Positions 27,023 to 36,288 of a DNA stretch of 64,000 bases are shown here, one piece after another. The position numbers and the translations under genes were made by a program. The DNA is from an uncultured virus (IMG/VR IMGVR_UViG_3300025853_000053). Taxonomy: Duplodnaviria > Heunggongvirae > Uroviricota > Caudoviricetes. The DNA is taken from IMG/VR virus record IMGVR_UViG_3300025853_000053, positions 1 to 64,000 of that record; one strand, 5' to 3'. How positions within the stretch are numbered: position 1 is the first letter of the stretch; the number at the start of each line of letters is the position of its first letter. The notes under the pieces are model-generated. The model saw only the letters and a list, made by a program, of their open reading frames with translations, ran no database searches and had not been told where the DNA came from.

Positions 27023-29494
27023 TTATGAACCACAGGATAAACAATCATCCGGGTTGTCCAAGCTACATGTGAGATCGTTCATAGTTTGCTCAGCTAGAGC
27101 TTTTAGATCTTCGTTTGCAGCTGTACTCTTCTGCTCAACCATAGCTGGTTTGGCTGCAGGAGTTTCTTCTACTTTTTTATACTTACTCGTATCAATACCA
27201 AGTCCAGAAAGTGCATCTACTGCAGATTTTGTTCTTAGGTAATACATACCGGTTTTAAGACCCAATTTCCAAGAATGGAAGTGAGCTGCAGTAAGTTTAG
27301 CAGCATTTACTCCTTCTATAAATAGATTTAATGATTGGGATTGACAAATGAACTTACCACGATCAGCAGACATTTCAATTAAGTCTTTTTGCTTAATCTC
27401 CCAAACTGTTTTATAAATTTCTTTTATGTCGTCTGGAATATTGGGAATGTTTTGAACCGATCCCTTGTGGATGATAATCAGATTCTTCATATCTTCGTTC
27501 CAAAGACCCAAAGAGATTAAATCAGTAACAAGGTGCTTGTTAATAATCACATATTCCCCACTTAGTGTTCTTCTTGTATAAATATTAGACGTAAATGGTT
27601 CAAAGGCTTCGTTATTACCCATAATTTGGGCTGTTGAAGCTGTTGGCATAGGAGCAAGTAGCAATGAGTTTCTTACACCATTCTTCATCACATCCTTTCT
27701 TAGCTTTTTCCAATCCCATCTTCCAGAAAGATCTTCGTCATTTACCTGCCAAAGATTAAATTGGAATTTACCCTCGCTCAATGGTGATCCCTCAAAAGTT
27801 TCATAAGCTCCAAATTTCTTAGCAAGATCTTTAGAAGCTGTCATTGCTGCGAAGTAAATTGTCTCAAACAATTCAGAGTTAATCTTTCTAGCTTCATCAG
27901 ACGTAAATGGTATACCCATTGTTGCATAAAGATCAGCTAAGCCCTGAATTCCAATACCAATTGGGCGGTGTCTCATATTTGATCTTTTAGTCTCTGCCGT
28001 AGGATAGAAGTTTACGTCAATTACCCTGTTGAGATTGACAGCAGTTTGATATGAAACCTCGTATAGGTAATCGTGGTCAACCTCACACTTTCCTCTAGTT
28101 ATTTTTGATGTTCTTGCATCTGTCGACTTTAAGAACTTATTAACTGGTATGGAGGCCAGGTTACAAACTGCTTGTTCGTCCTTATCTGTGTATTCGATAA
28201 TCTCACAACATAAGTTAGAAGATTTGATGGTCCCTAAATTCTGCTGATTTGACTTTCTGTTAGCGGAATCTTTGTAAAGAATATAGGGTGTTCCAGTTTC
28301 AATCTGGGATTCTATAATCTTTCCCCAAAGTTCCCTAGCTTTAATAGTTTTCTTTGCCTTTCCAGCCTCTTCAGCTGCTATGTACATTTCATTAAATTCC
28401 TGACCATAAACTTCATGAAGTCCTGGTACCTCGGAAGGAGAAAATAAAGACCACGTTTCATCTTTTTCTACCCTTTCCATAAATAAGTCAGAAACCCAGA
28501 GAGCAAGGAACAAATCTCTAGCTCTTCTCTCTTCTTTTCCTGTGTTCTTTCTTAGATCCAAAAAGTCCTCAACGTCAGCGTGCCATGGCTCTAGGTAAAT
28601 AGCGAAAGATCCTTTCCTTTTACCACCACCTTGATCAACGTATCTAGCAGTTTCATTGAATACTTTAAGCATAGGTACAATACCATTGGATTTACCGTTT
28701 GTACCCCTGATATAAGAGCCAGTTGATCTTACGTTGTGGATAGCAAGCCCAATACCACCAGCATTCTGAGAAATCATTGCAACATCAGAAAGAGTCTTGT
28801 AGATTCCAGGAATCGAATCTTCCTGCATAGTTAAAAGAAAACAGGAAGATAGCTGTGGTTTTTTAGTACCAGAGTTAAATAGGGTTGGGGTTGCATGTGT
28901 CATCATATGAGTTGAGAGAAGCTCGTATGTTTTCAATGCATTTTTGATATCGTCTCCCCAAATACCTACCGCAACACGCATGTACATATGCTGAGGGGTT
29001 TCTGCTGGAATACCGTGCATTTTAAGGAGATAACTTTTTTCAAGAGTTTTGAACCCAAAATATTCAAAGTTGAAATCCCTATCGTGGATAATTGCAGAAT
29101 CAAACTTTTTCTTATTCTTCATTATCACCTCGTAGGTTTCATCACCAATAAGACCAGCAGGCTTATTCGTCTCTGGATCGATATAAGAATGTAAATCCTC
29201 AATCGTTTCAGAAAATTTCTTCTTTGTAGACTTATGCAATCTTGAAATAGCAATTCTTGCTGCTAGAATAGAATGGTCTGGGTGACTAGGGATGAGTGAA
29301 GCTGCAGTTTCAGCAGCTAGATTATCCAACTCTCCAGTCGAAATTCCATCATATATTCCAGCGATTACTTTTTGTGAAATGCCCATCCAATCAACAAAGT
29401 CGTTGTTAAGGCCATAAGTCATCTTTTTTACGCGGTTAGAAATCTTATCAAATCTAACCGCTTCTTTGGATCCGTCTCTCTTAGTTACGTACAT
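27023..29494 (-). CDS. nrdA: class Ia ribonucleotide reductase alpha subunit with ATP cone
   Basis: VTKRDG, ATPTLFN, QLSSCF, SNLCCEI, CNLAS, MPTAST, GMYYLR, C-terminal CLSC. Confidence 0.97.
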   Translation of the reverse strand: MYVTKRDGSKEAVRFDKISNRVKKMTYGLNNDFVDWMGISQKVIAGIYDGISTGELDNLAAETAASLIPSHPDHSILAARIAISRLHKSTKKKFSETIEDLHSYIDPETNKPAGLIGDETYEVIMKNKKKFDSAIIHDRDFNFEYFGFKTLEKSYLLKMHGIPAETPQHMYMRVAVGIWGDDIKNALKTYELLSTHMMTHATPTLFNSGTKKPQLSSCFLLTMQEDSIPGIYKTLSDVAMISQNAGGIGLAIHNVRSTGSYIRGTNGKSNGIVPMLKVFNETARYVDQGGGKRKGSFAIYLEPWHADVEDFLDLRKNTGKEERRARDLFLALWVSDLFMERVEKDETWSLFSPSEVPGLHEVYGQEFNEMYIAAEEAGKAKKTIKARELWGKIIESQIETGTPYILYKDSANRKSNQQNLGTIKSSNLCCEIIEYTDKDEQAVCNLASIPVNKFLKSTDARTSKITRGKCEVDHDYLYEVSYQTAVNLNRVIDVNFYPTAETKRSNMRHRPIGIGIQGLADLYATMGIPFTSDEARKINSELFETIYFAAMTASKDLAKKFGAYETFEGSPLSEGKFQFNLWQVNDEDLSGRWDWKKLRKDVMKNGVRNSLLLAPMPTASTAQIMGNNEAFEPFTSNIYTRRTLSGEYVIINKHLVTDLISLGLWNEDMKNLIIIHKGSVQNIPNIPDDIKEIYKTVWEIKQKDLIEMSADRGKFICQSQSLNLFIEGVNAAKLTAAHFHSWKLGLKTGMYYLRTKSAVDALSGLGIDTSKYKKVEETPAAKPAMVEQKSTAANEDLKALAEQTMNDLTCSLDNPDDCLSCGS

Positions 29495-29512
29495 GCTTGG
29501 TTTATATTTTTT

Positions 29513-30496
29513 TTAGAAGTCTACGTCCATATCGAACGCATTTTCGGAGGAATTTTTCACTCCAGCTTTTTGGTATTCACCAACTCTCTTTTCAAAGAAG
29601 TTAGTCTTACCCTGCAAAGAAATATTTGCCATGAAATCAAATGGGTTTTCTGTATTGAAAACTTTTGAACATCCAAGATCTACAAGTAATCTATCAGCAA
29701 CAAACTCTAAGTATTGTTTCATAAGATCTTGATTCATACCAATTAGCTTAACAGGCAAAGATTCTGTAATAAATTCTTTCTCGATTTCAAGTGCGCTAAG
29801 GATAATTTCCTTGATTCTCTCCTCAGGTACTTTATTAGATAAGTATTTGTTGTGTAGGAGTACTGCAAAATCACAGTGCATACCTTCGTCTCTCGAAATA
29901 AGCTCGTTTGAGAAGCTTAAACCTGGCATTAGCCCACGCTTTTTAAGCCAGAAGATCGAGCAGAAAGAACCAGAGAAGAATATACCTTCAACTGCTGCGA
30001 AAGCAACAAGTCTTTCTTGGAAATGGTCTGATTCAACCCACTTTAAAGCCCATTCGGCTTTTTTCTTAACTGCTGGTATTGTTTCAATTGCATTGAACAA
30101 CATTTTCTTCTCAGCAGGATCAGAAATGTAAGTATCTATCAGGAGGGAATAAGTCTCAGAGTGGATGTTTTCCATCATAATCTGAAAACCGTAAAAGAAT
30201 TTTGCCTCTGAATATTGAACCTCCCTAACGAAGTTCTCCGCTAAATTCTCGTTTACGATACCATCCGATGCAGCAAAGAATGCCAAAACATGCTTGATAA
30301 AGTGCCTTTCGTTATCATTCAATTTGTTTCTCCAATCGTCAATATCTGCCGAAAGGTCAATTTCTTCTGCTGTCCAGATACAAGCTTCCTGGTTCTTATA
30401 CATCTCCCAAATTTCCTGGTGTTGGATAGGGAAAATAACAAATCTATTAGGATTTTCTTGTAAAATCGGTTCCGGTAGCGAATAGTCCTCCTTCAT
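29513..30496 (-). CDS. nrdB: class Ia ribonucleotide reductase beta subunit
   Basis: [43 protein letters not shown]. Confidence 0.97.
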   Translation of the reverse strand: MKEDYSLPEPILQENPNRFVIFPIQHQEIWEMYKNQEACIWTAEEIDLSADIDDWRNKLNDNERHFIKHVLAFFAASDGIVNENLAENFVREVQYSEAKFFYGFQIMMENIHSETYSLLIDTYISDPAEKKMLFNAIETIPAVKKKAEWALKWVESDHFQERLVAFAAVEGIFFSGSFCSIFWLKKRGLMPGLSFSNELISRDEGMHCDFAVLLHNKYLSNKVPEERIKEIILSALEIEKEFITESLPVKLIGMNQDLMKQYLEFVADRLLVDLGCSKVFNTENPFDFMANISLQGKTNFFEKRVGEYQKAGVKNSSENAFDMDVDF

Positions 30497-30521
30497 AATT
30501 TAACACTTTGTTTTTTTTAAT

Positions 30522-30989
30522 TTAGTAATTGTTTGCCTGTCTTCGACGGTTTTCCTCGTTCTTGCTCATGTACATGTTGTACATTTCTTGAGCACTCATT
30601 CCAATAGAGGCTGCGTAGTTCATAAAAAAATGGAGCATGTCTACGATCTCGAATTTACATTCGATTTTATCAGATTCTGATAAATCCGAAAATCTTTTTT
30701 CAGAGTAAGAAGAGTAAGCACTTTTCCATTTTTTCCAGATTGCATTCCCATTACCATCTTTGATACCACCAAGGGCATCCGTTGCCTCGTGTATCTCGTC
30801 GATTAGAGCGTGATTGTTCATATGCCAAAACTCCATAAGTTCTCTCAAAGTCATCTCTTTGAAGTTATAGCCATAAACGTTCTCCTGGGTTTCTGCCTGA
30901 AGATTTAAAATGTCACCTAGAGTATCTTTAGATTCGGGATAAAGATTTTTGATCTGTAGGTCTGCACATTGATTATCTGTATTTGCCAT
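30522..30989 (-). CDS. all-alpha dNTP pyrophosphatase (dimeric dUTPase / gp56 dCTPase-like)
   Basis: DEIHE, WKKWK, FEIVDMLHF, KNEENRRRQ. Confidence 0.8.
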   Translation of the reverse strand: MANTDNQCADLQIKNLYPESKDTLGDILNLQAETQENVYGYNFKEMTLRELMEFWHMNNHALIDEIHEATDALGGIKDGNGNAIWKKWKSAYSSYSEKRFSDLSESDKIECKFEIVDMLHFFMNYAASIGMSAQEMYNMYMSKNEENRRRQANNY

Positions 30990-31041
30990 ATTTGTCTTTT
31001 TGCAATAGTTTTTTAAAATCCCTTCCCGTCTCTAGGTTTTT

Positions 31042-31049
31042 TATATATC
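31042..31049 (-). promoter_or_regulatory. GATATATA late-promoter-like box
   Basis: Upstream of the dUTPase-nrdB-nrdA operon. Confidence 0.6.
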
Positions 31050-31086
31050 AAGTGGGTCCCTAAAGTGCGGTGATTTTAGGAAAATT

Positions 31087-32499
31087 CTATGTTAATTTTT
31101 TTAATTGTTTCTCCAATCCGTCAATTTCTATCTGTAACTCAAGCATTCTCTTTTTTGTTGCCTTTCTTTTCGAGTATAAGTCCTTAATTATGGTCTTTAA
31201 AATCGGGTTTTCGTCATCCCCACCGAAAAGGGCAGTGGAGGATGTTTTTACCCATCCCTCCTTGGCTTCAGATATATCTTTCCCGAGCTTACCTTTATAA
31301 ACCTCAGGAGAAATTCCCCACTGCACAATTGTATTTGGATACAGGGAAGCAAAGTCATAACAAGCAACCCATTCATGTAGTCCCTTGATAGGCTCTTTCA
31401 CATATCCACCAATAAACTTGACATGACTTTCTTCTTTCCTTTCATTCACAAAGACCTGATTCCTCTCCAAGAACTTTTTGAGCATCATAACCTCCGTCGC
31501 CCAAACGGGGGAAAGAGCCCTGCTTATTTCAACGCGGTTCAGATTAGCTATTTTGAAGTAGGTTAAAAGGGTTTTTAACTTTACATCTATATAGTGAACC
31601 AGCGCACAGTCAATTACGTTGTAGAGAATAAATTTAGGGAAGTCAGACTGGTAGAGGTCCCTTAGGGATCCATCATATACTATCTTCTTTAATCCTGTAG
31701 CCTTCTCAGCAACATAATCTAATCTATTGCTCTCCTTGATCTTAATTGTCCGATCCCATTTTTTATAGATCTCAAGATAATCGACCATTAGCAAATGCAT
31801 AGGAAGATTGTTCTTTCCAATAAGCCAGTTAGCTGGCGAAATTACCTTTGGATCGATACCAAGTCTCTTAGCTCTATTCACCAAATATGGCCAGTCATAC
31901 CCAAACCAGTTCCACCCAGTTATCAATGGCATTTTAGGAGCCAGCTTCTTAAAGAAGGTATAAAGCATATCGTACTCGGATTCGAACTGATGATATTTAA
32001 AAGACCATTCATCACCCATTGGCTCAAGATACTCGTTGGTCTTTTTGTAAATGTCCGCTTGCTCCTCAGCTGAAAGTGGATCAAGTCCTAGAATTATTGA
32101 TTTACATCTATCTGTTGCAATACCAATTGAAAGTACCTTATTCTTAGCATTTGCGGTATCCAAAGAATCTCCCATCTCGTCGGTCATTTCAACCTCAATA
32201 TCCACAAAGTACTTTTTTGGGATCTGAAAATCCCAAAGAGACTTAGTTAAATCTGGGTCTGCCTCTTCTAGGATTTGAACCATCCTATATTTGTCATACT
32301 TCTGTGTTTTTACCTTCCTTACAGACATTCCATCCCAGGACTCCCAATCAGCTTCTCTTCTCCTATCATTGGGTGAGCATTTTTCCCATATAAACCTCTC
32401 ATCCTCCGGAACTGGAACATCAACAAAAATTAAATCACCTTCCTCAGAGAAAGATGATACCTTTAAATAAGTTCCCTTGTTTTCAATATCTACTATCAT
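31087..32499 (-). CDS. family B DNA polymerase, N-terminal subunit (3'-5' exonuclease plus motif A; gp43A-like)
   Basis: Exo I FVDIEV, Exo II GWNWFGYDWPYL, Exo III YNVIDC, GGYVKEP, motif A YDFASLYPN; ends after KRKATKKRM plus a helix. Confidence 0.9.
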   Translation of the reverse strand: MIVDIENKGTYLKVSSFSEEGDLIFVDVPVPEDERFIWEKCSPNDRRREADWESWDGMSVRKVKTQKYDKYRMVQILEEADPDLTKSLWDFQIPKKYFVDIEVEMTDEMGDSLDTANAKNKVLSIGIATDRCKSIILGLDPLSAEEQADIYKKTNEYLEPMGDEWSFKYHQFESEYDMLYTFFKKLAPKMPLITGWNWFGYDWPYLVNRAKRLGIDPKVISPANWLIGKNNLPMHLLMVDYLEIYKKWDRTIKIKESNRLDYVAEKATGLKKIVYDGSLRDLYQSDFPKFILYNVIDCALVHYIDVKLKTLLTYFKIANLNRVEISRALSPVWATEVMMLKKFLERNQVFVNERKEESHVKFIGGYVKEPIKGLHEWVACYDFASLYPNTIVQWGISPEVYKGKLGKDISEAKEGWVKTSSTALFGGDDENPILKTIIKDLYSKRKATKKRMLELQIEIDGLEKQLKKLT

Positions 32500-32541
32500 G
32501 GAATAAAATTTGAGAGTATAACTTTGACGTAAATCGCAAAA

Positions 32542-32549
32542 GATATATA
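32542..32549 (+). promoter_or_regulatory. GATATATA late-promoter-like box
   Basis: Upstream of plus-strand gene 32560; orientation follows the gene. Confidence 0.7.
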
Positions 32550-32559
32550 CAACATACTT

Positions 32560-32886
32560 ATGGATAGCAGGATCAAAAGTTTCGAGAATTTCCTTAATGA
32601 ATATTACATTTCAGCAGCCCCTGGAAGCGTGGTTGTTCCGGGTGAATGGTACAAGGATAACGTTAACTCAAGAAACTACAGACCTGCATATACACAAACA
32701 CCGCAGGTTGTTGATTCAATGTTCCAAAGTACCGACCTATACAACTACCTAGATACTTTAGCCGAGGAGGAAGAATTTACCAACATGGTGAAGAAAGGAG
32801 AGGCACCTAAGGACGTGATCAAGTATTTGAAAAAGAGGATACACGAGGAACTTTCACCAAACGCTCGTACTTCCGAAGAAAAATAA
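32560..32886 (+). CDS. hypothetical protein, putative head-packaged
   Basis: Starts MDSRIKSFENFLNE; GATATATA at 32542-32549. Confidence 0.75.
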   Translation: MDSRIKSFENFLNEYYISAAPGSVVVPGEWYKDNVNSRNYRPAYTQTPQVVDSMFQSTDLYNYLDTLAEEEEFTNMVKKGEAPKDVIKYLKKRIHEELSPNARTSEEK

Positions 32887-32897
32887 GTACCAAAGAT

Positions 32898-33590
32898 TTG
32901 GAGCACATTGATTATCCACTTGCAGAAAGTGCCTATTACCAACAACCACATCCAAAAGATGCTATATTCTTGAGGGATTCAACTGGACATTATAGACCAG
33001 ATTGGCTAATCGATTATTGGGGAAGAGATCGTAAAAATTCTACCAATAGGATAAGATCATCCAGCGCATTTGTAATTGGTGGATTATCACCGGATGGTAA
33101 GGATAAAAAATATGACGGAACAATTTACAGGGCTTTTGATGAGTCTATGTGGTCGCATCACTTATTCATAAAAGCCAAAAACAACACATTCCTAAATCAG
33201 AAAAGCATAGGAATTGACATATGTAATTATGGACCTTTGACAAAAACCGAAAATGGAGGATTCTACACATCTAGCCATGTTAAAATAAACAAAAGCCAGG
33301 TTACAGAGTTAGAGTCCACGTTTAGAGGATCTAAGTATTTTCACAGTTATACAAAAGCACAAATACAATCTTTAAAGTCACTTCTTGAGGAATTGAGTGA
33401 AAAATATGAAATCAACCTTAAGAGGGGATTACAGAAGGAAATATCTAAATTTGGCATTTACGGAGGATTCGAACTTTCAGAAGAAGCTTTGATGGGGGGT
33501 CAAGGTCTTTGGTCTCACAGTAATGTTAGAATTGATAGATTGAGCTGTCCACCACACCCGGATCTAGTTAAGGTTATTCAATCCTTCTAA
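32898..33590 (+). CDS. N-acetylmuramoyl-L-alanine amidase (Amidase_2)-like protein with degenerate active site
   Basis: FVIGG, DGTIY, WSHHL, SIGIDICNYG, YTKAQI, WSHSNVR; first Zn-ligand His appears replaced (IFLRDSTG). Confidence 0.7.
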   Translation: MEHIDYPLAESAYYQQPHPKDAIFLRDSTGHYRPDWLIDYWGRDRKNSTNRIRSSSAFVIGGLSPDGKDKKYDGTIYRAFDESMWSHHLFIKAKNNTFLNQKSIGIDICNYGPLTKTENGGFYTSSHVKINKSQVTELESTFRGSKYFHSYTKAQIQSLKSLLEELSEKYEINLKRGLQKEISKFGIYGGFELSEEALMGGQGLWSHSNVRIDRLSCPPHPDLVKVIQSF

Positions 33591-33953
33591 ATACATTCTT
33601 AGCTTTTTGTCATTAGGAACAAAATCTGTTTTGTTGTTTACAAAAATTTCCCAGGATTCTTTTGCATATTTACCAACACCTGGCAACTCCTCAACTTCAA
33701 CAAATCCATCCATCCATTTTTGACTCATGGATATTATCCTTTTGGCTTTTATATTTCCAAAACCAGTTCCTTTAATAATTGGATAAATCTCATCCGTAGA
33801 CAGGTTTGAGCACCTTTCCGGGGACTGTATCAGATTAAATAGAGGGTCTAATACTTTTCTTACCTGCTGATTAGTGGTTTGGTTTAACAGTATACAGATC
33901 ACAGTCATCTTCCAAGGATTGTCTAAGTAATCTTCCTGTATAAGCCTTTCCAC
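33564..33953 (-). CDS. HhH-GPD DNA glycosylase, MBD4-like
   Basis: NPWKMTVICILLNQT, ELPGVGKYAKESWEIF, PNDKKL. Confidence 0.8.
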   Translation of the reverse strand: MERLIQEDYLDNPWKMTVICILLNQTTNQQVRKVLDPLFNLIQSPERCSNLSTDEIYPIIKGTGFGNIKAKRIISMSQKWMDGFVEVEELPGVGKYAKESWEIFVNNKTDFVPNDKKLRMYLEGLNNLN

Positions 33954-34165
33954 TACCGATTTCTTAACTTCTTGAGGTGCTCGTTTATTCTTTTGTCAAA
34001 TTTAGAAGCAGTCTCGGGATAATCTAAACCCATAATCGAAGAAAGCTTATCTATAATCGACCTTCTGTCCAGGATGACATCATAATCTGGATTTCTCTCC
34101 TTTTGAATAATTTCCTGCGCAATCTCTTTTGCAAATCTTTCAAATATTTCTTTCTCCCTTGACAT
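33953..34165 (-). CDS. hypothetical protein
   Basis: ATG at 34165 (MSREKEIF); the longer start in the ORF track lies inside a terminator. Confidence 0.6.
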   Translation of the reverse strand: MSREKEIFERFAKEIAQEIIQKERNPDYDVILDRRSIIDKLSSIMGLDYPETASKFDKRINEHLKKLRNR

Positions 34166-34168
34166 AAT

Positions 34169-34199
34169 AAAAAAGCTCAATCTTTAATAATCGAGCTTT
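34169..34199 (-). terminator. probable intrinsic terminator
   Basis: aaagctc...gagcttt stem with U-run after the Hsp20 gene. Confidence 0.55.
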
Positions 34200-34230
34200 A
34201 TTATTTCTAAATGTAAGAAAAATTTCGGAA

Positions 34231-34587
34231 TTAAGCGATTTTAATTTTCTTAGGCATGGATTCTTTCTTCTTACCTATAGAAACTTTTAAAACCCCATCC
34301 TCAATTTTTGCTTTAACTGAATCAGTATCAGCTTCATTGGGTAACTTGAACTTCTTTGTAAAATCGTCCGTCCAATACGATTCGTTATCCTCACCAGTGA
34401 TAACTAAGAAAATTCCCTCGACATCAACCGAAATATCATTTTTAGAGAATCCAGAAACGGGTATTTCTAAAACATACTCGCTATCTTTTTCATCAACAAA
34501 GTAATTGCGGCTTTGGATAACCGGATTGGTGTTGTTAAAAATCTTTTCCATCATCTCCAAAGGGCTGTAGATAGTTGTTCTGTTCAT
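34231..34587 (-). CDS. small heat shock protein (Hsp20)
   Basis: EIPVSGFSKNDISV, FTKKFKLP, AKIEDGVLKV; start moved to MNRTTIY, downstream of the terminator. Confidence 0.9.
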   Translation of the reverse strand: MNRTTIYSPLEMMEKIFNNTNPVIQSRNYFVDEKDSEYVLEIPVSGFSKNDISVDVEGIFLVITGEDNESYWTDDFTKKFKLPNEADTDSVKAKIEDGVLKVSIGKKKESMPKKIKIA

Positions 34588-34640
34588 AGTTTGTTTTTTT
34601 ACTATTAATAGTTCAAATCCTATTCCAATACTAAAAAACA

Positions 34641-34669
34641 AAGAAAAAGGTGCCTTTTTGGCACCTTTT
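34641..34669 (-). terminator. intrinsic terminator
   Basis: aaaaggtgcc-ttttt-ggcacctttt. Confidence 0.8.
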
Positions 34670-34693
34670 AGCAATCTTGTATGACTTTTCGTC

Positions 34694-35185
34694 TTATTTC
34701 TGCAAAGACTTCATCATCTCTTTGAAATCATCAAAGCTTTTAATAACACGATCTTTCTTTTTCTTCTTTTTGCCAGCCCCTTTTGCTGCTGGGGTTCCTA
34801 CTGTAAGAGAAGGGAACTTATCCCCAGATCCAACTGCTCCGTTGTAGAAATCTGCATTGGTACCACCAGATGATGGAGCTTCAACATTTCCCATTCCCTG
34901 TGTAGTACCTAGAGTAGCGAATGCTCCACCGCCGTCTCCAGCTGGTGCAGGTGCTCCACCGTCCATTTCTTTGAGTTCGTAGCCTTCACAACCACAACTT
35001 TTCATTTCTTCGTCCATTTGCCATTTTTCAACACAATAGTCGTTTTCGTCCAACCATTCCTTGATTTTAAGTTCCATAGCATCTGGAGTTTCCTGGTCTT
35101 CCATTACCGGAACATCTTCACAGCACAAACAAACTAGTGTTCGACCATTTGTAGAATTTCCAGTTGGATAATACATTGAATCCAT
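34694..35185 (-). CDS. hypothetical protein with C-terminal capsid-targeting-like peptide
   Basis: Gly/Ala-rich ATLGTTQGMGN; ends RVIKSFDDFKEMMKSLQK. Confidence 0.7.
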   Translation of the reverse strand: MDSMYYPTGNSTNGRTLVCLCCEDVPVMEDQETPDAMELKIKEWLDENDYCVEKWQMDEEMKSCGCEGYELKEMDGGAPAPAGDGGGAFATLGTTQGMGNVEAPSSGGTNADFYNGAVGSGDKFPSLTVGTPAAKGAGKKKKKKDRVIKSFDDFKEMMKSLQK

Positions 35186-35187
35186 TT

Positions 35188-35415
35188 TTAATCTAATATT
35201 TTTTGAACATTCTTGGCAAATATTCTAAGAGAATTACCCTGCTCGTCCTTTACTGTGTAACCAACGATGTCTTTATAAGCATCATAGATTGGAGAAATTA
35301 CGAGTAATTTATTTCCGTTGGTGTCAAGAATAAACTTACCAGACAAATCATCATGCTGCTTAGTAGTTTGAGTTGTTGTAGCATTCCTTGATCCCTTATT
35401 ACATCCACATCCCAT
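35188..35415 (-). CDS. hypothetical protein
   Basis: MGCGCNK start; GATAAATA at 35440-35447. Confidence 0.65.
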   Translation of the reverse strand: MGCGCNKGSRNATTTQTTKQHDDLSGKFILDTNGNKLLVISPIYDAYKDIVGYTVKDEQGNSLRIFAKNVQKILD

Positions 35416-35442
35416 TTTATGTTCTTTAAGTTGTTTCTATAT

Positions 35443-35853
35443 TTATCTGTAGTCCTTCCTTAATTCCTTTCTCCGTAGATAATTAAAGAGGTATCTTAAT
35501 GCCTTTTTATATTCCTTACCGTTTCTGAAAGGTGATGGATAAGTCCTAATAGTATTTCCTTGTCCCTCTGGGGTTTCATTTGATTTGATTGGGTTATAGC
35601 GACGAACTACACCTGTTGGGTGTATAGTGTAAAATACCTCACCATATCCCCTTACCTCAGGCTGATTCTTTCTTTTGAATTTGAGTGTATTGTTGAGCTC
35701 TTGTTGGTCTGAGGTCTCATCAGAAAAGCCAAGCTCTAAGATATCCCTATATGCATCAGATTTTCTTATCTTGTCTAGGTCTATGCTTCTCCTTTCATCC
35801 TCAAGATATTCAGATTTAGGATCATACTTTTCAAATTCAAAAAGATTAATCAT
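35443..35853 (-). CDS. hypothetical protein
   Basis: Starts MINLFEFEKY; overlapping start and stop. Confidence 0.65.
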   Translation of the reverse strand: MINLFEFEKYDPKSEYLEDERRSIDLDKIRKSDAYRDILELGFSDETSDQQELNNTLKFKRKNQPEVRGYGEVFYTIHPTGVVRRYNPIKSNETPEGQGNTIRTYPSPFRNGKEYKKALRYLFNYLRRKELRKDYR

Positions 35854-36287
35854 TACTTCTTTATATCCTTTATCCAGTCTCTATAATCCTTAAGATTCTC
35901 GAGATTTCTCTTACCTGCTTTACTCTTTTTAGCATCAGGATTTAAGTAAGGGATGATAGGTTTTATTCCGTCCCCAAAATTCATCTTAGGAGAGAATGAA
36001 GGCATATCTTTAGAATCAATGACCCCGAGGGAAGCACCCTCTTCATTAACAGGTTGTCCGTCCTTGACGTTTTCCGGTAAATCCTTAGATTTTGTCTTTG
36101 CAAACTTTTTTAGCTCCTTGTCAGTCATAGGTGCAATGAATTTCCCATCTTTATCCTTATACCCAAAGGCAATCTTTTCAATCTCCTTTCGATATCTTGG
36201 GCTGATGTCCTTGAGCTTCAGCTCGTTTTGTCTTAGAGCCCAAGCTTGACCCATTATTGCCTGCTGTGCTTTACTTACTGATGGCAT
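35853..36287 (-). CDS. DUF3008-like protein
   Basis: MPSVSKAQQAIMG...MTDKELKKFAKTKSKDLP. Confidence 0.65.
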   Translation of the reverse strand: MPSVSKAQQAIMGQAWALRQNELKLKDISPRYRKEIEKIAFGYKDKDGKFIAPMTDKELKKFAKTKSKDLPENVKDGQPVNEEGASLGVIDSKDMPSFSPKMNFGDGIKPIIPYLNPDAKKSKAGKRNLENLKDYRDWIKDIKK

Positions 36288-36288
36288 C

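Noticed and set aside
27023..30496. Eukaryotic or giant-virus origin suggested by eukaryote-like NrdAB and MBD4-like genes
   Set aside because: The context is T4-like (gp32, gp61, UvsW, Dda) with bacterial operons and intrinsic terminators; this RNR subclass also occurs in Bacteroidota.
12092..32499. Split intein or pseudogene explanation for the two polymerase halves
   Set aside because: No Cys/Ser-start or His-Asn-end intein segments at the break, and all catalytic motifs are intact across the two ORFs.
34588..34674. N-terminal extension on Hsp20 (likewise on UvsE 20568..20669)
   Set aside because: The extension runs through a terminator or the upstream gene; downstream ATGs give normal-length proteins.
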